Assembly (NCBI RefSeq): GCF_033153115.1
Contig: NW_026889803.1
Coordinates: 14,570,001 to 14,634,000 of the forward strand
Source of the DNA: Saccostrea echinata
Taxonomy: Eukaryota
Reading direction: 5' to 3'
Length of the DNA: 64,000 nt
Shown here: piece after piece, positions 45,730-59,600 of the stretch
Numbering within the stretch: the first letter of the stretch is position 1
Layout: each line of letters begins with the position of its first letter
Notes under the pieces: generated by a model
Seen by the model: the letters and a program-made list of their open reading frames with translations, nothing else
Told to the model about the DNA's origin: nothing
The model's database searches: none
Made by a program: the position numbers and the translations under genes

Positions 45730-47740
45730 GATGAATAAGGAGCTTGAAGAAAGACTAAGCTCAGAGAAGAAACTGAAACCAGCAAAGAAGGCAGAAAAAT
45801 CAGAGAGGGAAAATGAGGAAACTTTGGAGGCCGAAAAGGTCATGAAACCAGAAGCTGAGAAGAATAATAGAACATCAGAAGTAGAGAGTAAAGAAGAGGG
45901 AAATGTTAAGATGAATAACAAACTCAAAGAAAGAGTGAGCTCAGATACAAAACTGAAAACAGCAAGGAAGACAGATAAATCAGAGACAGAAAAAGAGGAA
46001 AGTTTGAAGGCCGAAAAGGTCATGAAACTAGAAGCTGAGAATAATAGAACATCAGAAGTAGAGGGGGAGGAAGAGAAAAATGGAAAGATAAATATGGAAG
46101 AAGGATTAAGCTCAGACACCAAAATGAATATAGAGATGAAAGCAGAAAAATCAGACACCGAAGAAGAGGAAAATTTGGAGACATAAATGCCAGAAGAGAA
46201 GAGAAAGAAATCTAAAGCAGAAAAGGAGGAAGAGGAATACTTAAAGATAAATAAAGAGGAAAGACTGAGCTCAGAGACCAAATTAAATACAGTCATGAAT
46301 GCTGAAAAATCAGAGACAGAAAAGGAGGAATACTTGGAGGCAAAACAGGTCATGAAGTCAGAAGCAAAGAAGAAGAAAGCATCAGAAGTACAGAAGGAGA
46401 AAGAAGAAAAGATCAAAATTAATAAGAAGCTCAGGACAAAAATGGGCAAAAGGACCAAACAGAAAAGAGAAAAGAAAAGAGAAAAGTTAAAGAAAGAAAA
46501 CGAGGAAACTCTGGCATCAGAAAAAGTCTCTAAATCAGAAGCTGAGAAGAATAAGAGCACACCAGAGGTAGAGAAAGAGGAAGAGAAAAGTTTAAGGATG
46601 AATAAGGAGCTTGAAGAAAGACTAAGCTCAGAGACGAAACTGAAACCAGTAAAGAAGGCAGAAAAATCAGAGAGGGAAAATGAGGAAACTTTGGAGGTCA
46701 AAAAGGTCATGAAACCAGAAGCTGAGAAGAATAATAGAACATCCGAAGTAGAGAGAAAAGAAGAGGGAAATGTTAAGATGAACAACAAACTCAAAGAAAG
46801 AGTGAGCTCAGATACAAAACTGAAAACAGCAAGGAAGACAGATAAATCAGAGACAGAAAAAGAGGAACGTTTGAAGTCCGAAAAGGTCATGAAACCAGAA
46901 GCTGAGAAGAATAATAGAACATCAGAAGTAGAGGGGGAGGAAGAGAAAAATGGAAAGAAAAATATGGAAGAAAGATTAAGCTCAGACACCAAAATGAATA
47001 TAGAGATGAAAGCAGAAAAATCAGAGACCAAAGAAGAGGAAAATTTGGAGACAGAAATGCCAGAAGAGAAGAGAAAGAAATCTAAAGCAGAAAAGGAGGA
47101 AGAGGAATACTTAAAGATAAATAAAGAGGAAAGACTGAGCTCAGAGACCAAATTAAATACAGTCATGAATGCTGAAAAATCAGAGACAGAAAAGGAGGAA
47201 TACTTGGAGGCAAAACAGGTCATGAAGTCAGAAGCAAAGAAGAAGAAAGCATCAGAAGTACAGAAGGAGAAAGAAGAAAAGATCAAAATTAATAAGAAGC
47301 TCAGGACAAAAATGGGCAAAAGGACCAAACAGAAAAGAGAAAAGAAAAGAGAAAAGTTAAAGAAAGAAAACGAGGAAACTCTGGCATCAGAAAAAGTCTC
47401 TAAATTAGAAGCTGAGAAGAATAAGAGCACACCAGAGGTAGAGAAAGAGGAAGAGAAAAGTTTAAGGATGAATAAGGAGCTTGAAGAAAGACTAAGCTCA
47501 GAGACGAAACTGAAACCAGTAAAGAAGGCAGAAAAATCAGAGAGGGAAAATGAGGAAACTTTGGAGGTCAAAAAGGTCATGAAACCAGAAGCTGAGAAGA
47601 ATAATAGAACATCCGAAGTAGAGAGAAAAGAAGAGGGAAATGTTAAGATGAACAACAAACTCAAAGAAAGAGTGAGCTCAGATAAAAAAAATGAAAACAG
47701 CAAGGAAGACAGATAAATCAGAGACAGAAAAAGAGGAAAC
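45730..47740 (+). repeat. ~870 bp higher-order tandem duplication of ~58-60 codon units
   Basis: Sequence from 46187 is repeated almost exactly at 47057. Confidence 0.9.
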
Positions 47741-50736
47741 ATTGGAAGCAGAAAAGAACATGAAACCAGAAGCTGAGAAAAATAATAGAACATCAGAAGT
47801 AATGAGGGAAGAAGAGGAAAATGTTAAGATAAATATGGAGGAAAGATTAAGCTTAGAGACCAAACTTAAAATAGCAACGATAGCAGAAAAATCAGAGACA
47901 GAAAAAGAGGAAAATTTCGAGGCAGAAAAGGTCTTTAGATCTGAAGCTGAGAAGAATGAGAGCACATTAGAGGCAGAAAGGGAGAAAGAGAAATTTGTAA
48001 GGATGAATAATGAGCTTGAAGAAAGATTTAGCTCTGAGACAAAACTGAAACCAGAAAAAAGGGCAGAAATATCAGAGACGGAAAAAGAGGAATCTTTGAA
48101 AGCAGAAAAGGTCATAAAACCAGAAGCTGACAAGAATTATAGAACATCAGAGGCAGAGAGGGAGGAAGAGAAAAATGGAAAGTTAAATATCGAGGAAAGA
48201 CTAAGCTTAGAGACCAAACTGAAAACAGCAAAGAAAACAGAAAAGTCAGATATAGAATAAAGGGAAAATTTGGAGGCAGACAAGGTCTTAAATTCAGAAG
48301 CTGAGAAGGCGAAAGGAAAACCAGAAGGAGAGGGGGAGGAAGGGGAAATTTTAAAGATAAATATGGAAGAAAGACTAAGCTCAGAGACCATACTGAACAC
48401 AGCAAAGAAAATAGAAAAATCAGAGACTGAAAAAGAGGAAACTCTTGAGGCAGAAAAGGTTAGGAAACAAGAAGCAGAGAAGAAAAAGAGGACATCAGAG
48501 ATAGAAATGGTGGAAGAGAAAATTGTAAAAATGAATAAGGAATCTGAAGAAAAGCTAATCTCACAGACCAAACTGAAAACAGCAAAAAAGAAAGAAAATT
48601 CAGGGACAGAAAAAGAGGAAACTTTAGAGGTTGAAACGGTCATAAAATCAGAAGCTGGGGAAAGTAATAGAGCAACGGAAGAAAAGAGGGGGGAAAAGGA
48701 GAATGTACAGAAAAATAAGGTGCTCAAAGAAAGAATGAGCTTTGTGACCAATCTGAAATCAGCAAGGAAGGCAGAAAGTTCTGACATAGAAAAAGAGGAC
48801 AATTTGGAGGTACAAAAGCTCATGAAATCAGAAGCAGAGAAGAATAAGAGAACATCCGAAGTGGAGAGGGAGGAAGAGGAAAACTTCAAAATAAATATGG
48901 AGGAAAGTCTAAGGTCAGATACCGAATTGAAAACAGCAAGGAAAACAGAAAAAATCAGAAGCAGAAAAAGAGGGAACTTTGGAAGCAGAAAAAGCTATAA
49001 AATCAAACGTAGAGAAAGTGCATTGGAAATCTGACACAGAAAAGGAAGAAGAGGAAAATTTAAAGATAAATATGGAGGAAAGAGTGAGCTCGGATACCGT
49101 GATGAAGGGGGAGAAATCAGAGACTGAAAAAGAGGAAACTTTCGAGGCAAAAAGGTCTTGAAATCAGAGGCAGAGAAGAATAAGGGAATGTCAGAGGTAG
49201 AGGGAAAGAAAGAGAAAACTGTAAAGATAAACAAAGAGCTTGAAAAAAGTCTAAGCTCAGAGAACAAACTGAAAACAATAAAGAAGACAGAAAAATCAGA
49301 GACAGAAAAAGAGGAAACTTTGGAGGTAGAAAAGATCTTGAAACCAGAAGCTGAGAAAAGTAAGAGAACATCAGGAAAAGATAGGGGAGAAGAGGAAAAC
49401 TTAAAATTGAATATGGAGAAAAGACTAAACTCAGAAGCCAAACTGAAAACAGCAAGGAGAACAGAGAAATCATAGACAGAAAAATTGGAAAACTTGAAGG
49501 CGGGAAAGGTTATAAAATCAAAAGCAGAGAATGTGCAAAGGAAATCTGAAGCAGAAAAGGAGAAAGAGAGAAATGTAAAGATAAATAAAATGGAAAGATT
49601 GAGCTCGGAGACCAATATAAATACAGTGTTAAAGGTAGAAAAATCAGAGACAGAAAAGGTCAAGAAGTCCGAAGCGGAGAAGGAAAGAACATCAGAAGTA
49701 GAGAGGGGAAAAGAGGAAAATGTAAAAATAAATAAGGAGCTTGAAGAAAGACTTAACTCAGAAATACAACTGAAAACGGCAAAGAAAACAGAAAAAACAG
49801 AGACAGAAAATGTGGAAAATTTGGAGACAGAAATGATCGTCCAGTCCAAAGCAGAGATGGTGAAAAAGAAATCTGAAGCAGAAAAGGAGGAAGAAATAAA
49901 CTTAAATATAAATGAAGAAGAAAGACTCAGCTCAGAGAAGACTAAACTAAGTAGAGTAATGGAGGCGGGAAAATCAGAGACAGAAAAAGGGGAAAATTTG
50001 GACAGAGAAGACGTCCTGAAATCAGAAGCAGAAAGGGAAAAAGAGGAAAACTTTAATATAAATATAGAGTTCCATCTAAGCTCAGACACCAAACAAAAAA
50101 CAGCAAGGAAGACAGAAAAATCAGAGAGAGAAAAAGAGGAAAATTTAAAGGCAGAAATGGTCATGAAGTCAGAAGCAGATGACATCAGTTATACAAATGA
50201 AAGACCACCTTTTTGGCAGATTTTCCTTTGTGGGAGATTTTGTTTTTCTGTGAGTACAAATTTCCTTTCCTTTATTGCATTTTTCATCACAAAGTTTGCA
50301 CTAAGGTGTTTTTCATTTGTCTTTATTCCCAAGACTGAAATTCAAATTCAATTTTTTTTAATTCATGTTTTCAGAAAATTCAAATTCAGTTTTTTAATTC
50401 ATGATTTCAGAAAAAGGAAAAGAACAAAAAAACAGAGAAAAGGGGAATTTTGGGAAGAATGCGGAAGCTTTTAAGAAGATAATTTATAATGAAATACTTA
50501 AATAATGACAGTATTATTTTTTTTTAAAAATATATCTAATCATTCATTTATGTATTTATGTATTTCTTTATCTGTAATAGATTCTTTTCTTTAAAAATCA
50601 TTTCCTTAACTGTTTTCTAAAGCTTTTTATTTCTATTACCACTTATCTGTTGTGTCACCTTGAGCTTCAAAATTATATATATAATAATTAATATAATAAT
50701 TATAATTAATAATAATATAATATCATATTTATATAA

Positions 50737-51303
50737 ATAGAGGACATTCAATGTTTTATAGATGAATATGGAATTTATTTCACGAGTGAGACAGGATTTT
50801 TTTTATATTTTTCACGAGTGCGAAGCACGAGCTTGTTTGGTGTAGTTGAATATGGAATTTATTTCACAAGAGAGACGGGATTTTTTGATATTTTCACGAG
50901 TGCGAAATAAATTCCATATTCATCTACAAAACATTGAATATTCTGTTTATTACATTTTCTTTGATTTTCCCTTTGCCTCTGTCTTTTCTTAACACATTGT
51001 CATAGCTAGGCTTGACTTCATAGTTGAGCGGTTGAGGCGTCATAGCTTAGCAGTTGTGAGATTGAAAACATTACATAGCATTGATTTTAGCAACATATTT
51101 GGGAAGAAATTTGCAGTTTTAGCTCTGTTAAGATGTTTAGTTAATATCTCTATATTATAACAGGCCAGAAATTATTTTTACTTACTTTGATATCCTTTCA
51201 CACTGTGAGAGAATATCATTTTGGTATCCTTTCACACTGGGAGAGAATATCACCTTTATTCAATAAATATATCACAGTATTTCACTGTTGAAAATGTAAT
51301 AAA
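50737..51303 (+). mobile_element. Palindrome-headed element, family A copy 2 (left arm partly duplicated)
   Basis: Homologous to 855-1379. Confidence 0.8.
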
Positions 51304-51314
51304 GATATATACGA

Positions 51315-51617
51315 ATTTGTGGCCTCAATCTACCCCTTGAGGGCCTTAATTTGAACAAAGTTGAATCGGCACAATCTCAGGATTCTTGCAGTGTATTCAT
51401 GGACCTGTTCTTGAAAAGAACATTTTAAAATACTTCCCCGTCTATTCTTATGTAAAACGTTGATCCCTATTATGGCCCAACTTGTATCTGCACTACCTAA
51501 GGATGATTGGATCTTGATATTAAAAATCATGACCTTACTATTCTTGAAAAAAAGACTTTCAAATGGCCTGACCAAATTTTTTACTGTATTTTAATTATCT
51601 GCCCTTGAAAGAGGATA

Positions 51618-51662
<45 letters not shown>

Positions 51663-51720
51663 TTTTGTGGAAAGATTGGTCTAATGGTCCTAAAGAAGAT
51701 GAAATTGTTTAAGGTCTACA
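51315..51720 (+). mobile_element. HINE/satellite fragment
   Basis: TTTGAACAAACTTGAATCCCCTTCACCCAAGGATG homologous to 13099-14563. Confidence 0.6.
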
Positions 51721-53648
51721 ACAAAATAAAAACATCCACAGAGATTTCACTTCCTTAGATTTCTAATCATACATACTAAAAGAGTCATAAAAACTGTTAT
51801 AAATTGCTGTGGAAAATCACTGTACCGGTAAAGCAAGCATATGGCTTCAGTGTACTAGTCAACAACCACTTGCAGTGTACCAGAAAATCATGCATGTGGT
51901 ATCAGTGTACCTATAAAGCATGCATATGGTGTCTAATTTGAACAAGCACCCATAGAATATTTGCGACATGCACTCCAATCTCACCAGGATTTCTCCCCTG
52001 GAAACACCAGTCTCCAGGATCAATAAAACATTTTAAGCTTAAGTCAAAATCTTTATGTTGTACTAAAATCTTGTAAAGTCAGAGCAAAATTAAAATATTT
52101 TACAATTCTGATTTACAAAAGTGTTGTTAACGGAAATTAGAGATAAATTCAATATTTAATAAACAATTTACAGACACAAAGTCTGTTTCATGATCTTGGG
52201 GCCAGGTGCCTACGAGGAGAAAGCATACAGTTGACTGGTCACACCTGCTGGGAGCCTTTTGTATCAAGTTTTTGACCTATTTGTAACCTCTTATACATCT
52301 CCGGTGTCTTCTTCAAACAGAAAAGTCTCAAACTGCAAAATACTTGGCTTAGAAACTGTTATTTCAGTTTGGTCAAACTGCAAATGGAATGAAGTGTGGG
52401 AGGCATCCAAAGTGCATGCTATGGAAATTGAACACTTAACAGTCACACTTAACCACTGCTCATCACAATTTCCTGCGTCCCAACTCTATTTGCTTATGAG
52501 TTCAGCATTTTAGAATATGAATACTGTGGTCTGGATAGTGTCCTCTTCAAATAAGCAACAATCTTAGATGTACAATCTTTAATGTATTTTAAATATCACA
52601 CACATTAGATATAGCCCAACTGCTGTTTGGTATAAAAACATTTGCACTTTATAATAAACTTGCATAAGTGATCCTCTCATATAAATAAATAAACTGATCT
52701 GTAAAACAGGCTGAATAGAAATACAAATTCACAATGTCCAACCTCGCATTTCTCAATAACAGAATATTCAAATCTATCAATGAATCGTAACTCTTCCATA
52801 AAACAGTAGTAGACAAGATTTCTTCATAAGATCACAATAGCATTCTGATCACAAAAAATTATATATGCAGTACATATTAAAAACCAGTCACCGTTTTTAT
52901 GAAAGCCATCCTTTAGATGTTTCCATGCACATTCTGTGCATGCATACATACATGCTGATACAATAACATATTATGTACATAATGACAATTTTTGACATTT
53001 CTTATATTAGTTGTCCGATTTTTTAATTTTCACATGATGTTGATATTATTAATATCATTTTTATTGACCCAATCAGCAGAGCGGGTGGACTGAGATCAAA
53101 AATGTAACCTGACAAAATCAAAGAGATGTAGCATTGCAGCAGAGCATTATGACCTTCTCAAAAATACTCCCACCCTCATAATTGGAATACCGGTATGAAA
53201 AAAAAAACATGCGCTCATTAAGGTCTTGATTATTACCGGGTAATTGACCTAATTCTACAATTCAGAACAAAACACACAGAGGCACCATTTGAAAATTATT
53301 AAATGATAATAATCTTTAATTCTTATAGTTATAAATAAATTTTTTACTGCTGATCAAAAACAAAGAAAAGAGTTTTCCTTTCATCACATACAGCACATTC
53401 AACTTGCTAGGTCATCAAAAATACAGAAACAAAATTCACTAGGTAGTATTCAAACCATTATCTTCTAAATGTCCTCAATTTCACTTTTGTGCTGTTCTTT
53501 GACAGAAACAAAAATGGATAAAATGAACAATTTACAGTGAATCTGAGAAGTGTTGCATATAATGATTGTTCATTGACATGCCCGCATCCAGTAGCTAATG
53601 ACATCTACAAAACTTGGAAATTTTGTCAGGCACTTGCTTGTCTGTTTG

Positions 53649-56600
53649 TCAGTGGAGATAGTCTGAGAGGTTGGCAAATGCACAGGACCCAATCTTGGCT
53701 TTGGACATTAGCTTCATGCACTCAGTAGACTGGGCAATGACCAGCTCTAGTGGAGGTTGTTTAGGCAGACCCTGGGATTCTACAATATGTCATTATTGAA
53801 GGTCTTACACAGATTCTCTAATAATTCTACACTACTGAATCCTTAAACTAGGTCTGTGAGAGTTTTGAAAATTGGCTGGAGTTGTGAAATTTGAAAATGA
53901 GAACTTTATTAGTACCTTTAAAGCATCAAAATGCAAGCATATATAAATATTTACAAAAACAAGAGATTACTCATTAATTATTGGTTCACAATACTAGACT
54001 AGATTTTCCTCATCTTTATCTATCAGAAGGATTTACAAATTACAGTACCTAATATAGCACTGTTTAAGGCAGCACAGATTGATTCTCGTTGCACCGGGTC
54101 TAGCTGGTATCCTACCGGACTGTTCCATGGATCAGAGTACGCCAACAAACTAAAGGCATTCTAAATGTAACACAAGAAAGATAATCATATAACTGCTATT
54201 CTTTATCATAATGAAAACAAAAGTTGTACAATTCTACTTGGGCATAAAATAAACAAAAATATGCAAGAATTCTGCACACCATTTAAAAGCACAGTAAACT
54301 GCACTGGGTCATTGAAGTACTGTTACTCAATTCTCATAAAATGTACCTCATGGGTCCAAAATAATTATAAATCATTTAACTTTCCTCAATCCAAACATAA
54401 TACGTTAATGATGACGCATCACAGTTCGCACAGATATTTATGCAGATAAACTGAAGTCACCTGTAGTGATCTATTGTTGCTCTCACTTTTCCCGTACTCC
54501 CGTTTTAGCCTCTGGTTCATAGACTGGAGTTCTCTTCCAAACAGCAACATTTTCTCAATGGCTGCCTGAGATCCTCCACACAACTGTCTTTTACCTGAGG
54601 GGGCATCCACATCTATTGACATAAAAAACATCACTGTAGTACAGATATTTCAGATCCTATATACATGTACATTTCTACAACAGTTAACTTTAAGTGGTGA
54701 GATCAGAAGTTCAATATCTGACAGAGAAACTATAAAATTCACATACTAAGTTTTCATCAAGACCCTCCACTCCCTTCAAAACTAAATGTAATGAATGTTG
54801 ATTGAAATTTGATTATTAAACAAATTAAATACTAGTATTTATAACACTGTAAATAACTTGTGTTTCTTTTGTTTATTCATAAAAAGAATCATTTCAAATA
54901 ACAACATAAAGTCTGAAGTACATTTTTTGTGAATAAATCGTTTACTAAAAACATGCACATTAAAGTGCAATGAGTGTTAAGCTTCTTTATTGAATTTTTT
55001 TTTTTTTACAAGTACATTCTAAGAGTAAACATATGGATCCATGTGTCATAGGAATGTTCTCCTGTGGTGTCATAAGCAAGAAAGGTACCTTAATTTCACT
55101 GAAGCAAACTTTGCAACTGGTCACTTCAATTGTTGTTTAAAAAACATCTAATATTTTATCTTTAAAAAAATCACAAATGATTACCCCCTACCAATCGTAT
55201 ATGTGTAAATAATTGAATTTTCAAAATTCCAGGCCCCATGACTTTTCATTTTTCAGTATATTTATATACACATATTAGTCTAAAACATTCATAAGTCTTT
55301 GCATGGCATCCAAAAATCTATTTTTATAAATTTAAACCATTAAGCTTCTTAATCCTAGAAACCCAAAAAAGCAATCATTTTTTTAAAAAAATTATTAAAT
55401 GAAGCCATGATCTTATTGTATAGCCTCAATTTTTCAAATTTTATTTCATATCATAAAATAATTTATAATATATATTATATTTTCTAATACAGTCTTTTTG
55501 TAGTCCCTAAATAATCTATATGTATGAATGCAAACAGATCAAAACACTACGTATTCACTGGATTTGAAGCTGTATTCAAAGAGGGGATCAGTTCACATGG
55601 AAGGGAGATTGTGACATCACAAATGACACCTCAAACAAGGTTGTAAACAAAGATTGCAATGGTTAGAGCCAGCTGTGTATCTGAACAGAAAAAAAGTTAG
55701 GCAAACCTATTGCCTATTTATTATCCAAACATTTCGATGGGAAATGATGTCAAACACACAACGAAAGGAAACTTGTAATCTGAACACTTTTAATCCTTCT
55801 CTGACAGAAGTTTGTTAATGAAAATGGTGTAGTCATGCAGCCTTCAGCGTCCTTTTTATTCATACCCACACTATTTAATAAAACAATTATGGACTCTTGA
55901 GATTTTGTCTTGGTCAATATTGATATTCTCTGGTGAATATCAAACCATATTCACCACCAAAAGAGTCCATAATTGTATAATATTATATCATACTTTACAA
56001 TATATTCCTTTTGTAAATGTGACAATGAGATCAAAAATTGAGCCAAGTCATCAAAGTTTTATGGCCATGAAGCCAGATTTGGCACGAATATCATTCCAAC
56101 CATGTTCTCAAGTTATTACATCAAAACCGAAAACAGACAGATGACCTAATAGGGTCACCCTATATCCTCTACCCCTTTTAAAATAGGAGTCCATAATTAC
56201 CAGACAATGGTATCATGTTCTATTTACATACCAAGATCAATACCTCAGTAACAAGCACTCTAAGTGCTGTTGCAGAATTAATTACGATGAAAAGTGTTTG
56301 AATACACCTATATACATCCCTTCTTCTTCAAAATGTTATAAATTGCATCTTGTTTACCTACCCATGTCCTCTGATTTGCATGTGTGATTATTTCCGTTCA
56401 TGTAAGCTCCGTCTGAGTTTCCATTTGTGAATGCTTTAGTCTCTGTAACAAGTCCATCCATCATTTCCACATCATCATCCTCAATCATGTGACACTCCGA
56501 TCCATTCATTGATATATTCGCACGATTCATTTGTTCCTCAGATATCGTCTTTAAATCACCCATATTCTGATTGTTACTTTGTGACACCTGTAAGTTTTGA

Positions 56601-59600
56601 CTTGTTTGTGAAGATGAACCTGAACTATGACCCTTGACACCTATAGGTCGGTTAGGACTATTGCCACGGGATCCTACTGGAGTGTTTTTCTGTGAATATG
56701 AATTTGTGTGGTGGACAGGGCTCATATTGGGACTGGAACGGTTAGATCCACTCCCATGTCGTGATTTGGGGCTGCGAATTGCTGGGCCCCTCACCTCTGT
56801 GTCAGTTCCATTCACCATCTCAATGAACTGTCTACATTTGAGCATAAACAATAGATTTAGGTTTCTCTCCAATAAACCTGGATACAACTGTTGTGTGGTC
56901 TCTATTGCTTCACCCATACGACCTGCTAGGACCAATTTCTGTATTCCTACAATCAAAACACCATTATTTACTGGCATTTGTGTATTCCTATAACCAAAAT
57001 ACCACTACTTACAAGCAATTTTGCATTTCTACAATCAAAACACCATTCTTAATTAGCAATTCTGAAAAATGTTTTTTTAGTTTTGTTGCTGGTTTTACTA
57101 ATATTGAAATCTTGAAGAACATTCATGTAGAGTAATCAAATTCAAAACTGAACAGAAACCTTGCACGATGTCTAAATTTTACCAAAATTCCAAAAAATCT
57201 ATACAAAAAAAAATTACTCATATTTGTGAGATGTGTGTATAGATTTACTTTGTCTGTTTTTGATGGATGACATGTCCTCTTCTATGGTCTGGCCGGTCGA
57301 TCGTGAGAATGCCTCAGCGGTACCACAGTAACCGTGATGTACTAGATATGTAGATACAATCCTACATAAAAAAAATCTGTTGCTTCAACATGGTCAAAAA
57401 ATTGAAGTTTCATCAAGTTAACATTTAAAAAAAAAATGAATAGATATACATGCACCATATTCATGGTAAAGGAAGGGACGGATTCAATATGATGTTTGAA
57501 AATAAATTATGAAAGAACGAATACTTTCATTATTAAACTATAGAAAACAGCAGAATGTGTTAACAGCAAATTGCAATGGACAACTGAAATTGCTTCAAAT
57601 TGTTTGAAATTTGTTATTTTCTTATACAGTGTTTTTTTTATTTGCTCCCCCCCCCCTTCCCTCTCCCTTAGTAATGAGGGGAAAAACATAACTTTATTGT
57701 GAGCATGAATTTTCTATATATCTGTGTTTGACCGTACTATGTTTATGAAGTTTTACAGTTCCCATTAATACGCTCAGTCATACATACTGTTGTAGGGCCG
57801 TCTGCCATTCCCCTTTTTTGTCATTAACAGGGAACCTCTCTATAGTCAATTTGGTCTTCATGTGCCACTCCTGTAATACAGAAATTCAACATTATATAAA
57901 TACTATGTGTAATTGAGTGTAACATTGAAAATCTTCACCACAAGAAAACCACTGTCAACTGAGGCACAGCCGAGATTGACAATGGTTTTCGAGGGGTGGA
58001 AATTTTCAAAGTTACACTCAACTACATGCAATATTTATTATATTATACTGAATGTTTTATACAAATACATATTACAGTGAACCTTGCACGCATAAATTCT
58101 GCGCAGTCAATATTTTTTTGAATATCACCCATCGTCAAGCAATGTTGACTGTTGCTAGGCTGGAGGGCATGGCTTCATTATTCAGCAGGTAATAGTGTTT
58201 TTTAACAAATGTTTCTTAAGAATCAGATTCAACTAATTTACATGAAAGTATAATATAATAAAATGTTTTAATATAGCAATGTTATCATAAAATTTCTTTA
58301 TTTCAGAAGGAAAATTAGCTCAGTGTTTCTATTTTTTTACACGATACATTCCATATAATACTTAGTGACTACACATATAAAGCGGTTTAGTTTTACATTC
58401 TCAGTTCACTGATTGCAGAGAATTTCACACTGTTTTGCAATATTAAAGAGTAGCCAAAGTTATCCTAGCCCTTCCTACTTCAATTAGCACTATATATACT
58501 GTTTAATCCTACAGAGGTATATATGTACCTTCATGTAGTCCTCTATGTCAAACACAAAGGGGGTCTGTCCAAAGTTGGCCTCGACCACCTCCCCTGGAGT
58601 CTGGAGGCCCACAGTGGGGTAAAGATTTGACTGAAAAAAAAAATAACAGCATTCACTGAACAGCAAGGCAAGAGCAATTTAACTTTTTTTTTTAAATCCA
58701 ACATTAGCATTTGTCATTAAGACATGATTTATAAATAAATTTTAAACTTATTTAAATGCAAGATGTGTTTTTGCATTCTAAATAATATTTAGCTTTTTTA
58801 TGTGGTTTATTTAGTTGTTGCTGTAAACAGAACTATCTGTAAAATTATTTCAAATTACTAAACACAACACATAATCCATAATATATATTTACATAAAGGT
58901 GATTATAGATTTAAATGTGTATAGTATGTATAGGGTTGAGGTACCCTACAATACAAGAGGCCTTTTAAGTCACACTGCTCACTAGCAATATGTTGCTTTT
59001 TCAAGACGCCTTCAAGACTGGCCCATACTTAGTCAGAACCCTTATTTAGAAATGATTGCATGCATGTATTCATTTGAAAAGGACTGTTCCAGATTTGTGT
59101 GTATCTGGGGTGGAGATGGGGGTAAGGGGAAGGGTCAGGTGGCATTTTCATTCATATTTTTAATGTACGTTGGGGATGAAGTTTTCTTTTTTTAGGTGGG
59201 TGGGTGGTGTTGGCAGAAATTAAAATTGATTCATGGTTGGTCCAAAGAGAATTGAAAACAAAATTTTGTGGATATAATATTTATATTTACTGCATTTTGG
59301 TGAAACCAAAAGACATAAGCAAATGAATTCAAGAAAGCCACTTCATTGGCAATCACTGTCAACGTTTCCTCGAGTTTTGAGACTGAAAGGGAGGTAACAA
59401 AAAAAAAAGATTTAGGAGGTCTCGTGGGATCTTTGTCATCAAAACAGAAATGGCTAAGCCGTGGAATATTCTGAATGTATTGAATTTCTTGTCTGAAAAT
59501 GGCCCTGAAAGCCTTTGTATCGACATTTAAAGGTGCGAGACTAAATAATGGTAAAAATGAAGGTCTGCTTCCAACGTGAAGTAGATGGTGATTTAACAAT

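Larger units (their letters stand above)
42720..50482 (+). pseudogene. Lys/Glu-rich tandem-repeat (coiled-coil/disordered) protein gene with disrupted giant exon
   Basis: Phase-0 exons 42720-42737, 43627-43674, 44123-44221, 44530-44574, giant exon 44765-50249, last exon 50411-50482. Premature stops at 46184, 48258, 49473; frameshifts in A-runs near 47690, 48950, 49150. Confidence 0.7.

Noticed and set aside
46184-46186. Programmed readthrough or recoding of the K/E-rich gene
   Set aside because: Stops are TAA/TAG, accompanied by several frameshifts, and the duplicate codon is GAA; mutation or error is more parsimonious
45562-47793. 743 aa Ser/Phe/Leu-rich minus-strand ORF, plus similar ORFs to 50185
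   Set aside because: Antisense shadow of the A/G-rich repeat exon; a pyrimidine-rich strand rarely forms stop codons
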